Shown: positions 1 through 14,607 of the stretch, in pieces
Numbering within the stretch: the first letter of the stretch is position 1
Layout of the letters: every line of letters starts with the position of its first letter
Source: Camelus ferus
Lineage: Eukaryota
Reading direction: 5' to 3'
Assembly (NCBI RefSeq): GCF_009834535.1
Contig: NC_045696.1
Coordinates: forward strand, 76,634,001 to 76,698,000
Length of the DNA: 64,000 bases
Translations under genes and position numbers: made by a program
Notes under the pieces: generated by a model
Told to the model about the DNA's origin: nothing
What the model saw: only the letters and a program-made list of their open reading frames with translations
Databases searched by the model: none

Positions 1-262
1 CTTATAAAAATAGGAAATTTGGACACAGCACAGAGGGAAAACAGCGTGAAGAGCCGCAGGGAGACGTGGCAAGGCGGCAGAGAACGCACCTAGGAGCCAA
101 GGAGGCTAGGCGAGATCCTTCCTTAGTACCTTCAGAAGGAGCTTCGCCTTGCCAGTATCTTGATGTTTGGACTCCTGACTACCAAAACTGTAAGGCAGTG
201 AGTCTGCTGTGAGCCACGTTGTTTGTGGTGCTTTGTTTTGGCAGCCCTAGGAAACTAATACA
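1..262 (+). mobile_element. MaLR LTR, MLT1-family (3' part, truncated by window start)
   Basis: Typical MLT1 motifs and 3' end ...tttgtggtgctttgttttggcagccctaggaaactaataca. Confidence 0.75.
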
Positions 263-656
263 GGGACACAGTTTGACAGTGCTGCCCAATTTGGCTTGAT
301 TGTAAAGGTGTGGGAAGGGATATGAGCTATAATTTGGAAGGAACTTCATTGTCAGGCTAAAGAATTTTGGACTTCGCTGAAGGAGTGCCTTGAAAAAGAA
401 GTTTGGCAGCCAAGGCAAGAAGAAACTAGCTTGAATCTAGTTTATTTTTTTAACCTTTATTGTTTAATAATGGAATGGTCTAGCTGCTGAGGAGATGCAA
501 GAGGATGGATGCTCTGTTTAAAGTACTTTCAAATCTCTTGTCCTTTTAAGCTCTGAAAAAGTGTGACATTTGAGTTCTCTCTAAGCTGGAGTCCTACATT
601 AAACCACATATCACTCCATTTTTTAGTTGATTTATAGGTGAGTTTTGAAAGCTAAC

Positions 657-1133
657 TGCTACAGGTTGAATTACATCCCCTGAAAGATATGTTGAAGTTG
701 TAACCCCTGGTACTTGTGAATGTGACCTTATTTGGAAGTAAGGTCTTTGCAGATGTAATTATGATGAAGTCATTAGTGTGGTTCCTTTTTCCACTGTGAC
801 TGATGTCCTTGAAAAAGAGGGAAATTTGAACACAGATGTCATACTGCTGTCTTCTGTTATGGAGAATGGCATTTGACAACCTGGAGGAGAATGGTGTTTG
901 AAGACAGACACAGTGAGAAGATGGCCGTATGAAGATGGAGGCAGAGATTGGAGTTATGCTGCTATTACCCAGAGCTGGAGCAGGCAAGGAAGGATCTTCC
1001 TCTAGAGGCATTCACTGGAGAGTGCATGGCCCTGCCAACGACCTGATTGCAAACTGCTAGCCTCCACAAATAAATTTATGTTGTTTTAAGCCCGTGTTTG
1101 TGGCACTTTGTTTCGGCCGCCCTAGGAAACACA
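657..1133 (+). mobile_element. MaLR solo LTR, MLT1B/MLT1C-like
   Basis: Starts tgctacaggttgaatt, contains gaatgtgaccttatttggaa...ggtctttgcagatgtaatt, ends ccctaggaaac. Confidence 0.8.
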
Positions 1134-1242
1134 GAAAGGGCACATGGATTTTGAATACTTTGTAGGTGATCTGAAGATCTGCTTCTTCTCAGTCTTCCCC
1201 TTTTGCACAGATTATCAGAATGCCTTCAGTTGGGTAAACAAA

Positions 1243-1413
1243 GGCTTCCCAAACTTTGCTCTGCATTGTATTCACCTAGAAATCTTTTAAAAATGCTGCC
1301 GTCCAGCTTCCACCTCTACAGTCTAGTTTAATTAGTATGGGGTGCAACATGGACAGCAGGTTTTTTAAACATACCCCAGGTGACTTAATGTGCAGCAAGT
1401 TTTGAAGAACCAC
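1243..1413. mobile_element. MER5-family hAT/Charlie MITE
   Basis: cttcccaaacttt...ccccaggtgacttaatgtgcagcaagttttgaagaaccac resembles MER5A/B. Confidence 0.6.
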
Positions 1414-3989
1414 AGGCCTAAACCTTCTAGCTTAGTCAGGTACTCTCCCACCTCCCCCTACAAATACAGTTTTATGCTCATTTATTGTCCTCTAGGTAAT
1501 ACAGTCCCCCCCCCCCCCATATTCATTTGTGCCTTGGCCTATCATTATTATTATTTTTTTAAGTGCTTTATTTTATTCTGTTCTTGCCAGCCTGGCTAGA
1601 CATGTGATTATATTCATCCTAATGTATAATGAATTATTTATAAAGTTGTTCTAAGATGCCTATTTGTATTAAAATGCCATATAATATTTTAAAAATTCCT
1701 AAGCTAACTACGTGTATCTGCTTTTGAAGATTAAATTATGTTGGTGTTACACAAGTTGCAAGTAAATGAAAACCTGACCTATATCTGTGCTGAAATAGAC
1801 TTGCATTTTATGTAGTGTACAAGTAGTGTAATTGTTCAGATCATTATTGACCATTTCCTGCAAGACTGTATTAGGAATGCTAAACTGAAGGATATGAAAA
1901 CACCTGCCTTTTCAAATATTTGTTTGTCTTCAGGTATTCCACTTTGTATCACTTTTTTTTTCATGCGTTAGATCACAAAGTGAGTGACATAGAAAATCTC
2001 TGGGTATATTCTGGGTTAGTAATTTCGCCACAAGAAATTTTAAATTGTGAAGGTTTTTCTGTCCATGTGATAGTCTAACATTTTAGACCATCTGAGTGGC
2101 CACTCTGTAACAAAGGAAGACTGTTTCTGTTTATTTTAATCCTGTAGTTGACATTTTATATTAGGTACCTTGGTATTGATAGGGTTTTTTTGTTTGTTTT
2201 GCTTTTGTTTTTTGTTTCTCATTTTATAGCAGAAATGCTGTCAGATAAAGACTATGCCTACTTTATATGTATATATATATATGTAACATAATACAATAAA
2301 ACAGATCAACTCTTGGGACCAAGATTTTTCTTATAGAAGATACTTGATATTACTCAAATTTAAGAAACAATGAGTTAAGGTAACATATTTCCTTACGCAT
2401 TTGTTGTAATTTCTTTGGAAAGCAGAGCATTAAGGCGTTGTTACTCTTTAACATTTCTTTATGTCAGATTGTTAAGCTTCTCATCTGCCTGGCTCTGAGG
2501 GATGAAATGTATTTCTTGGCAATGGAGGGTGGGAAACGTAGTGTAGAAAACCTAGGGTACAAGTACTGCTTGAGGAGCGCAGCAGGCTCAGTTGGTTTTA
2601 GATTGTAGGGTGTCAGGTGAGGCTGAGAGGAGGGAGGAGAAGGTTGTCAAGGCAGAAAGCTTCATTGGTAGACTAGTGCTAAGTATTGGAGTGCTCAGTA
2701 AGGAGACTAGTCTGGGGAAAGGGATGATGGAAGAGCCTGGGGGTAGTAGCCGTGTTTACTCAGCAATTCTGCCTCGACCTAGGTTCCTCTCCCTGGCAGA
2801 AGCATGGTGATGGCTCATATACAGTTTCAGGAAGAAGGAAAGCCCAGTCATCTTGTACTTGAGTTCTTCTAATGTATCCACAGCAATGATTCATGTGGTT
2901 AGGAGGAGCAAACGAGTGTGGATTACTTGCAGTTATTAAACACAAATGATGTGTCTTTATTCTCTAGGTCTCCACTCCCTAAATCTCTGTTCGTTCTTTT
3001 GTGTCCTCAGAGTGCAGCGGGTATGGAATTTGTACCAGGTATATCCTGGAAATCTCTCTATACAGAATTTCACTTCTGTTGCTCAGCTAGCTACCTCTTA
3101 CTTCTCATGTAGCTAACAGATCGGGCATAAGATTGAATCAGTTCAGTAGTGCCAGGGCTCTGTGTTACTTGTTTCCATATATGTGGTGAAGAAGGCTGCC
3201 ATTGCTTGCAGCCTTGAATATTTCTCTTTAGGAAATAAAGACTGCAAGACTGACCAGCTTCATGGTTCAGTTGGTGGGGAAGAGATTGCAGCCCTTTCGA
3301 ACCTACCACTTAACACAAGTAAGTGATGAGGCTGGGCAGACATGCAGCACAGTACGAATCCACACTGTTAGAGGAGGAAATGTGTTGTGGCGGTGCTCCT
3401 TTACCACAGCCTCCACACCCTTCCTACAGCTTTTTATGGTAGGGATTCGGTAAGAAATAGGATGTAACCCAAAATTTGGCTGTGAGGCCTGTTCCGCACA
3501 GTATCATTCTTTGTATTAATGGATTTCTATATTATTACAGCATGCAGGGCCTAGAACAGTGCCAGGCTTACATTAGCATTCAGTAAGTATTTGTTGAATG
3601 AAGAACAGAGAAACTAAATTTCAGTAAATTTACTGAATCAAGTGGTGTATCTGGATGCAAGTCCATTTACAGAGGTATAGTCTCAGAAAATCAATAATTT
3701 TTAGTCCTCCATGTTTTAGTTAGTAGATTTAGTAAGTTTTATCAAAACTAGAACTTTTACATGAAACTGTTTCTAGCTTTAAGCACCTTTTTTGTTTATT
3801 AGGTATAAGTTTACTGGATACCTAATGTGTATTCCTACATGAAGATAACAGAAATCAAACTGAAGCTATAGATCAGATGACAGTATGAACAGTATCGTGG
3901 CTTAAGAGATCTGTTTCCCTAGAGAAACTCTTGAATTTTTCCGAAAAGACTAGCACCAATACTGCCAAGAGGGAATCAGCTTGTATACT

Positions 3990-5405
3990 AGCAGGCCTCA
4001 AGTTTTAGTCTTAGTAACCCATTACATTCTTTATTAATGACTTGAAAAATTTTTGTTTACATGGGTTATAGCTATTGATATATGCTGCATCAGAAATTAA
4101 AACTGTAAAATTTTATAGTACTAATGCATTTTAACATAACAGTAACAAACCCATTTATAACATGTTAACACACATTATATTTTATGAAAAATACTTTTTA
4201 AGACAAAATTTTCCATGTGAAGAGTGGCATTGTTTTAAATGGTTTGAAAGGCTCTTCTAATTTCTGGCTTAATAGAAGACAGCTGGGTTCTCACATCTCC
4301 TTTCCCATTCACATGTTGAGATATGTTGTTGCATTTAAAATATATGGAAAAAAAATCTGGCCTTTCAGAGATACATGGTAGTAAATTATTCAAATCAAAG
4401 TAAAAATTCATTTTTCAAATAAATCTGGGTATTCTTCTTTGATACTACACCAGATCTCAGCAAGTGGATAGTTTCTTCAGGATTAGTTGCAGTGCAAGAT
4501 CTGAAATAGTATCAGTGAACTTTTTGTATTCTGTTACATTAAGATCCTTGAGTCTCTCTTGAACTTTGAATGGATTGTTTCCTCATGCATAATTTTGTAC
4601 TGGTCATTGGAAAAATATTTGTTCACTGAATTGTGCAGATCTTCCATGTGTTCATTACACAATATAAAAAACCAGAATCATTTATATCTCCACTGATCTC
4701 ATCACAGAATTTTAGAGTAGTACTGGGAAGCTCTTAAGCTCAGGGAGGCTGATAAATTTTCCAAATCCTAATTATCTTTTAAAAGCTTAAGCTTTATTCT
4801 TGCCAACAAATATTGTTTGTTGTTTTCTTGAAAATGACAGTTTCACTTTGTTTATTTGCAAGAAAATGTCTGCCAAATTCTCAATCTGAGAAACCATACT
4901 TTGTCAGTTGTTTGAAGTATAAACGGTGTTCTATGAAAAAAAATAGCTAGTTCAACTTAGAATTCAAACATTTGTGCAGTGCTTTTCTTTGAGACAGCCA
5001 TCATTTGAGTATGCAACAAGCTTTTTTTTTTTTTGTTACATAGGATATTGAAAGGTGTATTTTAGGGATAAGATTTTAATAAAATTAAGCATTTTTCTTG
5101 CTTCATCAGGGAACCTCTTCAAGTGAAGAAGTTTTGTGCGTTTTTGTTTTTTTTTCCTTTTCTCCTGAGTGCATAGTAGTGGAGGATATAATGACTACTA
5201 ATACAGTATGGTGTTAGTGCCTTGGTTCAGACTAAGGTGTGAGCAGTTTTATCCACTGTTGCTTTGTAACATCAGTATAAGTATCAATTCAGTGGAAGAG
5301 GCATATAATAGTAGTAATTTATAATACTATAAAAATAATTTTGACCTTTAGGACCCCTTAAAAAGTCTTGGGGACCCCAGGAGTCTGCAGACCTCACTTT
5401 GAATT
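3990..5405. mobile_element. Charlie1-like hAT DNA transposon fossil
   Basis: gaagagtggcattgttt, tggcttaatagaagacagctgg and terminal ggaccccttaaaaagtcttggggacccc...cactttgaa resemble the Charlie1 consensus. Confidence 0.65.
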
Positions 5406-6448
5406 TTTCTTGCTAGTGGAAAGGGCCTAGCTTCTTGGTTTTTATTTTCATACCTTACTTTCTCCAGACTTTTCCTTCCAAGACTGAGTGGGAAAGACTA
5501 ATTACTACTGTTCAATAGTTGAAAAAGACATGGTGGAACTGTGGCCTATCTTCTGTTTCCTCAGTGTTTTAATTTCTTGTCCTTCTTCATTCTCCTGTCA
5601 GTATACCTTGACTGTAATTTAATCATTTAATATATTTATTGAGTCCATCCTTGAATCATACAGTTTTATATTTAAAAGGGTTTTAGAAGACTTATCTGTG
5701 TGAACAGCCACTCTTCTGTATGTTTGGGAAGTTGAAGTCTATAGTTGGAATTTACGCACAGGCCAAAGTTTGTAAACACCTGGTATAGATCATAGTTGAA
5801 ACAAATGATTAACATGGGAAGTCTCAATTTCTAATGAAAAATTGATATGGTGTAGCATTCACCTATGTCTCTATATAAATCAATGTTTATAAAGGATAGC
5901 TGGTCCAAATAAGCATCATGTGTAATAAAAGTACTTAAATATTTCTTAATGAGTCAGACTCATTTGTTTACCCTTTTCCTAATTGTTGGAGATGTTCATC
6001 TGAGATCTGACAGGATTTAAAATGTTTTAATGAACTTCGGTAAGCATAAATCACTGCGTGATCTCATTCGGTTAGCTTGCGTGATTCATGTATGATACTC
6101 TTTATACTTGTACTGACTGAAATCATTAAAGTTTAGAAGTGAAAGAGACTGCTTCACTTTCCTCATTTTGCAGATGAGGAAACAGAAGCCCAGAACTTCA
6201 CATTTGTCTAAAATCGTATAGACTACCTGAAATCTTATTTCTCTGTCATGTTATCTTTAATTTACATGAGAGCTCTGGACTCCAATGGAAAAGGAAAGGA
6301 ACAGAAAAGAAATTTAGAAGTTTATCCCTTCTAAGTTATACTTTAAATTCTTCAGATTCATCAACTTTGGTGACCATTAATCTGATAACAGAAGAAAGCA
6401 ATAACCAAAAGAAAAAAATTCTAACAGCATGAAAATTACCTACAGCTA

Positions 6449-6736
6449 CAAGCATACTTCAGAGATGCTGCAGGTTTGGCTCCAGACCACTACAGTAAAA
6501 TAAGACCAATTTTTTTGGTTTCCCAGTGCATATAAAAGCTACATTTACACAATACTATAGTCTATTAACTGTACAATGATACATTATATCTTTTTTAAAA
6601 GGCTTAATTAAAAAATACTTTATTGCTAATAAATGCAAACTATCATCTGACAGTGCAGGGTTCACACAGACCTTCAATTTGTAAAAAATAATAATAATAA
6701 TAATAAAGCCAAGTACAATAAAATGATATATACCTG
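6449..6736 (-). mobile_element. Internally deleted Tigger1 derivative (MITE)
   Basis: Both Tigger1 termini present (caagcatact...ccagaccac; ccttcaatttgtaaaaaa...tacctg); TA on the left, TG on the right (mutated TA TSD). Confidence 0.75.
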
Positions 6737-7956
6737 TGTTAAAAAAAGAAGAAGAAATTAGCCCCTACATAAAATACACATTCTGTCAGGCACATTCTTA
6801 GGAAAATTATCTGGAAGATGCTCATGTGCCAAAATTGGAAGGTGAAAATCAGTGCCAGTGCCTGCTGATTTCCCTTCACAAACTGTCTTGTCAGCTTGTT
6901 CTCAAAATGTATTTGCTTCTCTTGGCTGGGGAATGCTGTAGACTTTTTACTCGGAGGCATTATATTCAAATTATTAAAGATACTCTTAAAAACTTATATT
7001 AAAAGTGAGATATAGAACTAATGATTTATTTTAAAAGAATATTTTCTCCTTTTTAATAGTGTGAATAAAAATTATCTCATGAGATTGGATCTTTAAAAAT
7101 ATAGTTTAAATTTAGCATTTATCCTAGTGTTAAGAGTGGTAGTTTTTTGCTTAAGGAAATACACTACTTTGCATAATATTACAGACACCTGTGAAAACAT
7201 ATCTTTAACATGTTTGGCAAATAAACCATAGTTGTAGTTCAGGGCTAGTATACAAAGAGTATATATGCTGTTGTTTGACATTAAGTGCTTTAAGAAATCA
7301 GCCAAATAATTTAGTTTTATTGTATGGGTTTTATTTTGTTTGTTAAGTTTGCTTAGTGTATTAAAGTAAGGTGAAATACATCTTTCAATTAGAGCATAGT
7401 GTTTCTTGAGATTATCTGTTTCTGAATCCTAATGTTGTGCTTTACAGTTTACAAAAGTAGTTTTTGTAAACGTGACTTCATTTAGTCTAATAAAATTTTG
7501 TGAAACCTTTTAAGATTTAGCACTGAAAATGTTGAGAATGTACTTTATGTACATTTTAAGTTTTATTACCAAAGACTTCAAAGCTGAGTCCAAAAATACA
7601 CATTCCTTCCTTGTACCTTATTTTATATACACAAGTGTTACTACCTAACATTAGTAGGATTTTAATTACTATTTTTAATGAGGTGGGAAATCAGGGATAG
7701 TGCATCTTTTGTTGCTGCTCCTGAGAGTGTTGCATGGAGGTGAGGAGGAGAAGGGGACTTACGGAGGCAAAGGATGAAGTGTTGACGTATCCTGTTAATC
7801 TAATCATCTCTGACAGTTACAGGACAGGATAAGCTCCTAGAGATAGAGAGAGGCACATTTTCAAAAAGGCAGATCCCAGCAGTCATGAACTTAACATCCA
7901 TAATTTTAGAGGTTTGCAGTGAATGATTAGTTTTTCAGAATTTGTGATGATGGGTA

Positions 7957-8366
7957 TGTATCAGTTCAGTAGAGCTGCTGTAAAAAAGTCCTACAGACTG
8001 GGTGGCTTAAACAACAGAAACTTATTTCTCATAGTTCTGGAAGTTGGCAGTCCAAGATCAAGGTGCTGGCATGGTTTGGTTTCTCCTGAGGCCTCTTTTT
8101 GACTTGGAGATGGTTGGCTTCTTGTGTCCTCACGTGGTTGTTTGCCTCTGTGCACATGCAGTCCTGGTGTCTTTTCCTCCTCCTGAAAGGATACCAGTCA
8201 GTCACCTTCGGTTATATATAGATTATTAAAGGTTCACCCTGATGGCCTCATTTTAACTTAGTCACCTTTTTAAAGACCCCCCCCCCCCAATAAATCCACA
8301 TTCTAAGATACTGGAGGTTGGGGTTTCAACATAGAAATTGTAGAGGGATACAGTTCAGCCCATAAG
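7957..8366 (-). mobile_element. MaLR solo LTR, MLT1A-like
   Basis: acagactgggtggcttaaacaacagaaacttatttctcatagttctgga...caagatcaaggtgctggca...cagttcagcccataa. Confidence 0.8.
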
Positions 8367-11300
8367 ATGGTAAGAATCACCATGACTTTGTTAATGCACA
8401 GATTGACTTAATTTCTCTCCTCACTCTTATTTCATTCCTCCTCCACACACTTTGTTTCGTTGTTAGTTGTTGTTGTCGTAGTTTGGCATTTTTGCAGTGT
8501 GTCTTGGTTTTAACAAGACAATTTTTGACATGTTCATATGGTCACCCAGTGGGGTAGCATGGCAGCTAATTAACCGTTACTTTACTTCAGAGGTGAATTG
8601 AGAACATAAACCCAACCAATTTTGATATGTGATTCTGGGTGTGTTTAGAATCTTTTATTTAGCAGGGTGTTACAGTGGTCTGCTTGTGACTGCAGAGGCT
8701 GGCTGACCATTCAGGACTGCCATTCACATCCTTGTTCGTGTAAGCTGTGTGATGATAGCCTGTACTGTACGTGGGTCTTGGCAACATGTGTCATGGCTTG
8801 GAATTAGCAACTTACTAGGACCTGTTAGTGCTAAGAATTTTGATCCTTTGTAGTTACTACATTCTTTTACATTATACATTCCATACTGTTTTTTCCTGCT
8901 CCAAGAAAAATCAGTTTAGTATTTGAATAACATTTCTGAATACAGAGATCTGTATATGGAGGTGCAGTTCTCATATGGCAGTGCTCTTGCTTTAAAATGA
9001 GGAAGATAATTCTGAAGAGGAAATTACGTAATGTGTATACGGCCTAGTCCTGTATATAGCATGTCACAGTTACTCAGTAAACTCGAACAGTCTTCCATTG
9101 CATTTTCCTCAACTTTCAAATTAATGAGAAGTAGTGTGTACACAAGTAGGAGCAAAGGCATATTGATACACTTCAGACATTTTAAATTAAAAGATTAATT
9201 AGTTCCTTCAACACCGTGCCTGTTACAGAAACCTGTCAGCCTACTTTTTGCATCCTTTGCCTATCTGAACCCCCACCCAGCCTCAGTGTGTATGCGCTCA
9301 TAATTTTCTGTGTTTTTTCTAATCTAAGTTGAAATTAATTGTTCTCTTTATTCCCAGCAACTTGTAGAGTCACAAGATCTGGCCCTGGTCTCTGTTGTTT
9401 AGCCATGCCTCCACACCCGTGGGGCCAGGCACCTCAGATGTTTTGGGAGAAGGCAGAAATAAAGTTGGGTACTTGCTCCAAGGGAAAAAAAAAGTCATAG
9501 TACCTTAACACATTGGAAGTCTTCATCCAGTTTTGACTGAGTGAATAAAAATAAATCTATCGGGAAAATAGTGCCCTAGTGTATTTTCCCCCATAGGCTT
9601 TTTTAACTGCATGACCGTCATAGTGCTTGCTTTTCACTCATCACTAACCCACCTGCACAGATACATCTAATCAGCATTTGTTTGAATTGACTTATCACCC
9701 GCAAATGAAATAAGTAACTGGAAATTTGGCCTCCGTGTAAAAGGGGAGCAAAGCCAGAGGAACCACTTTCCATGAGCGGCGAATGATAATATTATAACTC
9801 CCCTGAGCACTTCTGCTGGGATTCTTCTGTTTACCTCTCGTTTAACATACATAAAGTATAACCCACAGAGGGCTATGCTCTCTAGGTAGCCCATTTCTAT
9901 GGCTAATTCTTTCCACTTGATAGTCTGGAAACAATTGGGGAATTTTTGGATTCCTCCCACCCCCACTTTGTTATTTTGCCAAATATAGTCTTTCACTAAC
10001 TTTAGTTATTTTCTCATTTTGAAACATTTCTTGGGTCATTCCTTCTATTTGTCTACCCTCTTTTGGTTGCAACTGACAAATCTTAACTGGGTTAGAGAAT
10101 AAAATTAATTTTTGACTTCTTTAACCAAACTGCAGTGATAAGTTAGCTTCAGATAGTGTTTCATCGAGTTGCTCAATAGATGTTTGATGTCATCAGGAAC
10201 GCAATTTCTCCTGTCTCCCTGCCTCTGTTCTAACCTCAGTGATGCACGTTTCACCCCAGGCTTCACATAGTGTCCTTGTCTGCCCACTGCTCTCTGAAAG
10301 GAGGAGGCTGACTTTCATAGAAACCAGCTCTTGTCTTCTAGTATTTCACTTACTGGGAGTGATTGAGTTGAGGCAGATGGGGGATGGTGTGTGTATGTGG
10401 AGGAGGAATGTCAGTCGTAAATAGAAGATATGATACGCTGATTGGCCTAAGCAAGTAAGTACCTTCCTTTGCACCAGGAGGTCCGTCCCATTTAAATGAC
10501 AGGGCTGAGAATGGAACCTTGGTCTTCAAATGGAAGGCAGTTGTAGTATCTTTTCGTTAGACAGTGGCAGTGGATGCTACAAGAGGCAAGACACAGTTTT
10601 CTTCCTCTTGCTTGTTAGTCATTCCATGTTCTCAGTTGCTGAATTCAGAGAAGCCTGAGTCATCTTTTCTGTTAGATGGACTCCTAACAAACATATCAAT
10701 CACCTTGGGCTCCTGTGGGTCATTGATGTTTATTTGGAAAGGTAACCCAAATGTCCAAGGTTACATTGTTTGACAGTAATTTATCAATATTAAAAAAACA
10801 GTTGTTTAACATCAAAATTTGTTTAGCAGCTTTTAGTATTGTTGCCTTTTTCTCAACTATTAAACAAATGGCTGTGGCTGGTATTTGTAGATACTATGTG
10901 TACAGATATGTTTTCTGTTTTTTGACAGTCTTGATAATACTGACTATTATTTCTAAGTGTTCGCTAATGATATGACCAAAATGGTTTTTTGTTGTTTATT
11001 ATTAGTTAAGTTGAACATTTAAGAAATTTTTCAGCTGGAGGGATCCTAAATTGGTTTGATCTTTTGAGGGACCTAATTTGTTGACATTCTTTAAGAATCA
11101 AAATAGCTATTTATCTGTTCCCTTTGGTCCAGTAATTTACCTGTAGGGACTTCTCCTGATCTTGAGGAATATTTATAAATGCACTCCTACCAAAAAGAAA
11201 TGGAAGAAAAAAATAGCTTTAAGCATAAATATCCTTTTGTCAATCTTAAAATAATGAAAATTTAGAATAATCTAAATGTTGGGCAGAACAAAAAGGAAAC

Positions 11301-13609
11301 TAATATGTCTGTAATGGGATAATATGTTGTCACTATACATTTTGGACTAAATTATTTTTGTAAGATAAAGAAATATTGATTCTGCATTTGATTTCAGATA
11401 ATGCAAAGGGTTTTCAGACCTGAATAGTGTGTTGCAAGCTGGAGATTTAAGAAAATCTTTACTGTTTTGTTTTTCTTTCTATCCATAACTTTTTACTGTT
11501 TTTTCAGTCTTGTAAATTTAAAATAATGTGATTTGGAATCATAATTGGACCCTGGTTTGCTCCAGGAATGGGATTAGAAAAGAATATGATATTTCTCCTA
11601 TTTGAGGCCAAAGGCAGAAATCTAGTACTAGATGGTTAGAAGAACAGACTAGGAGATGGTTAAGTACTTGGAGCAGTTATTATCCAGTGAGTTAACGCTG
11701 AAAATGCTATACAGATTCGGTTGAATGAATCATAGCTGAATTGCCTCAGCAGTCCGGTTTTTGTAGTATTTGCTAGATTATTGTCTGTACAGTCTTGAAG
11801 TAAAGTATTGCATATGCAACATTTAAAATATCAGGTGTCCTTTTAAATATAAACAGTTATTAGTTAAGACTAATTTTTGTTTTTACTTCTGGCTACTTTA
11901 GTATAGCTGTGGGTCTCAAGTAATTATCTGTAACTCATGGGAGTTATGAATAAAAGCTTTTACGACTTTACAAGCTATTTCTGAGAGTTAGGGAAAGAAA
12001 ATACAAAGATACTTAATGTTTTTTTTTAAAGAACTCAGTCATTTACTATTTCAGGATGAACGAGTATGATCAGGCAAAATGTGCAAGGAAATATCCTGTG
12101 ATTTGAGGAGGTGTTAGTTTAGTTTAGAAAACTTGTTTACTTAAATAGTCCATCAGCTCTTTGAGGGCAGGACTTTACTAGTGGTAACCTCTGCCAGACC
12201 TGGCACCTAGGATGGTATATGGTAAAGATTGGATGAGTGTCTCACTGCTCTTTTGTGACCTTGTTTAAAGACGTTCTGAAAAATACCACAGTCTTTCAGA
12301 GGAGGTACAGTGGTAAGGCTTTTGTGGGCCCTTTAAAAATCAGTAATATCTGAGTATCTTGTCTTCACCTGGGGCAGGCAAAGACTACTTCACATTATAG
12401 ATGTATAAACAAACAAATCAAAATAGACCAGTTATACAAAGCTATAGTGAGCCCATTAATGAAGTGGTGGCATCTTCTCCAGTTTTGTTCTTCAGCACAC
12501 AGGCTTTTAAGATGTTTTGAAAGTGAAAACTGAGGTTTTCAAGCACGGAATGTCTTTAACTTTTCTTTTTAGTGTTGTCTAACCGGCTGTTCTTTTAAGG
12601 TGTCCTGTTTGGTCTTAGAATTTAAATGGACCAATTCCATACCAAACCATATTCTAGAATTGTCTTTGAAAGTGGATAAACTCAGGTCTTTCTAGAGTCT
12701 GTATAGTTTTATTGCAACTCTGACTGAATGAACCTTTTAATGCACGATTGTGTTAACTTTACTTTTTTTTTTTTTTTAAGGACACATTTGTTTGTATATT
12801 TCTCTTCATTGAAAGACTGAATTCTACCAGGCTTGGGACATCTGTATTTCACATCTGTCTGTTCCCACCTCATAGCAGTGCTTTGTCCATCCTAGAGATA
12901 TACTTGGTGTAAAGGGAAGCAGTAATGTTCTTTGTCTCCTGTAATGGAAGTTAGCTGAAGTAGGGCTTAGAGCTAGAATTCACTTTCAAAATTGGAAAAA
13001 TTTATCCTGTTCACTTAAAAAAATTTTTGCTTGTGATTACAGAAACTAATGTGGTATTATGATCAATGTAATAAACCCATTCATAGCAATTTAAACAGGT
13101 AGAACGTCCCTGCTCTGCATATTTAAAATTTTTTTATGACTTTAAAAAATGTACCACCAACATGTATCTATTATAGGAATTTTTATATAGAGAGTATTTT
13201 ATATCATTTTGACTTGTATTTTTCTTTGCCCTGGAATATATTAGGTGATGTTGAAGCACTACTGATCACTGCTTTAAGTTGGGACATTGGTGGCCTTTGT
13301 CTATCAGAACCAGGCATTGTTGAAAATCTTTACAGCTTAGGTACTTCGGTGACATCATTATTTGAATGTTGGACTGAATGATATGTCTGAGGAAAAGAAC
13401 ACTTATTCTGTTTTCTTCATCAACCTATTTTACTTGGATTCTACCTAACCTATCTCGTGGGAAATCCTCTTAATCAAGTAGTGACTAATTGTTCCCCTGA
13501 CAAATAGATATCCGTGATTGGTCAGATTATGATTTAATTTCTTACAAGTGTATAATGGGTGGGATTGGCTGTTTTGTTTTATGTTTTCATTCAGACAGCA
13601 GACTTTCAA

Positions 13610-14480
13610 AATTAACTATTGAGTACCTACTATGAGTGCCAAGCATATACTGTGGGTCAGGATAAAATTGAGCAAGATATCCTCCAGAGATATCCTCATC
13701 TAAGGTGCCACAGTGACATCTAGACAAGATGTCCTGAGCCAGAATTGTCATAGGTGTGTTACCTTTATCATTCTGTTAAATGTGAGATATAAATATCTCG
13801 CCAACCATCCAGATGTCCGAAAAGAAACTTTTGATTCTTCCTTTTCCACAACTCTGTGTCCAGTCCATCACCCTCGAGTCCACTTCCTGACTGCCTTTGG
13901 ATCTCAGTATTTCTATTAAGCAGTAACGCCACAGCCCAGGTTTTAGTCTTCTCCTAGGTTCCTGCAACACCCTGCTAACCTGGCTCCCTTTTCCCAGTCC
14001 AGTTTCCTTCCAGTTTGTCCTTTATATCAGAGTCAGGAGGATCTTTTTAAAACATAAATCTCATAATTCCCCTGCCCTGCTTAAAACTCTTCAGTTCATT
14101 GGTTTCCTCTAAGTGACGCTTTCAAGGTGCCTCTCAAGCCTTACTTCACATTTTATTTCTTTTTCTCAACAGCCCTTCTGCTGATTGTTACTGCTCGCTG
14201 GATTGCTTCTGTTCCTTGCCCTCCTTTCCAGATGTTCATGTCTCACACTTCTCCTGTCTATCCTTCAGTTCTCGGCACTAGTGACACTTCCTCTGAGATT
14301 CCCAGACTGCTAAATTTGGTTAGGGCTTCCTTTGTGTGTGTCCATCAGAGAATTATTACCTCCTTGTTCCTTTTCTTTTTTTCTGAAATAAGCTTCATGA
14401 GAGTTTAGTCACCAGGTTTTCCACAACTTGTGGCAGTAGCAGTTCCTGTCAGAGTCACCTGTTTAAGTGCTTATTAATTT
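13610..14480. mobile_element. Degraded L2 fragments
   Basis: attgagtacctactatg..gccaagc and ccctgcttaaaactcttcagt motifs typical of the L2 3' region. Confidence 0.5.
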
Positions 14481-14607
14481 GTGATTTTTAAATATACTCT
14501 TAACTCTGCATCATAAGAGATCCATGATGCCACAGGACAATCGGCATAAGCCCATGATTAGACACCCCTTTATACTGAATAGATGTCAGTATATCCATTT
14601 TTAAACA

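Noticed and set aside
1..1133. Two co-oriented MLT1 LTRs as a possible proviral LTR pair
   Set aside because: The copies are visibly divergent and the ~400-bp spacer does not look like MaLR internal sequence; independent solo LTRs are more likely.
3620..3637. Perfect 18-bp palindrome ttcagtaaatttactgaa
   Set aside because: One such palindrome is near chance expectation in 64 kb of AT-rich DNA and it has no supporting context.
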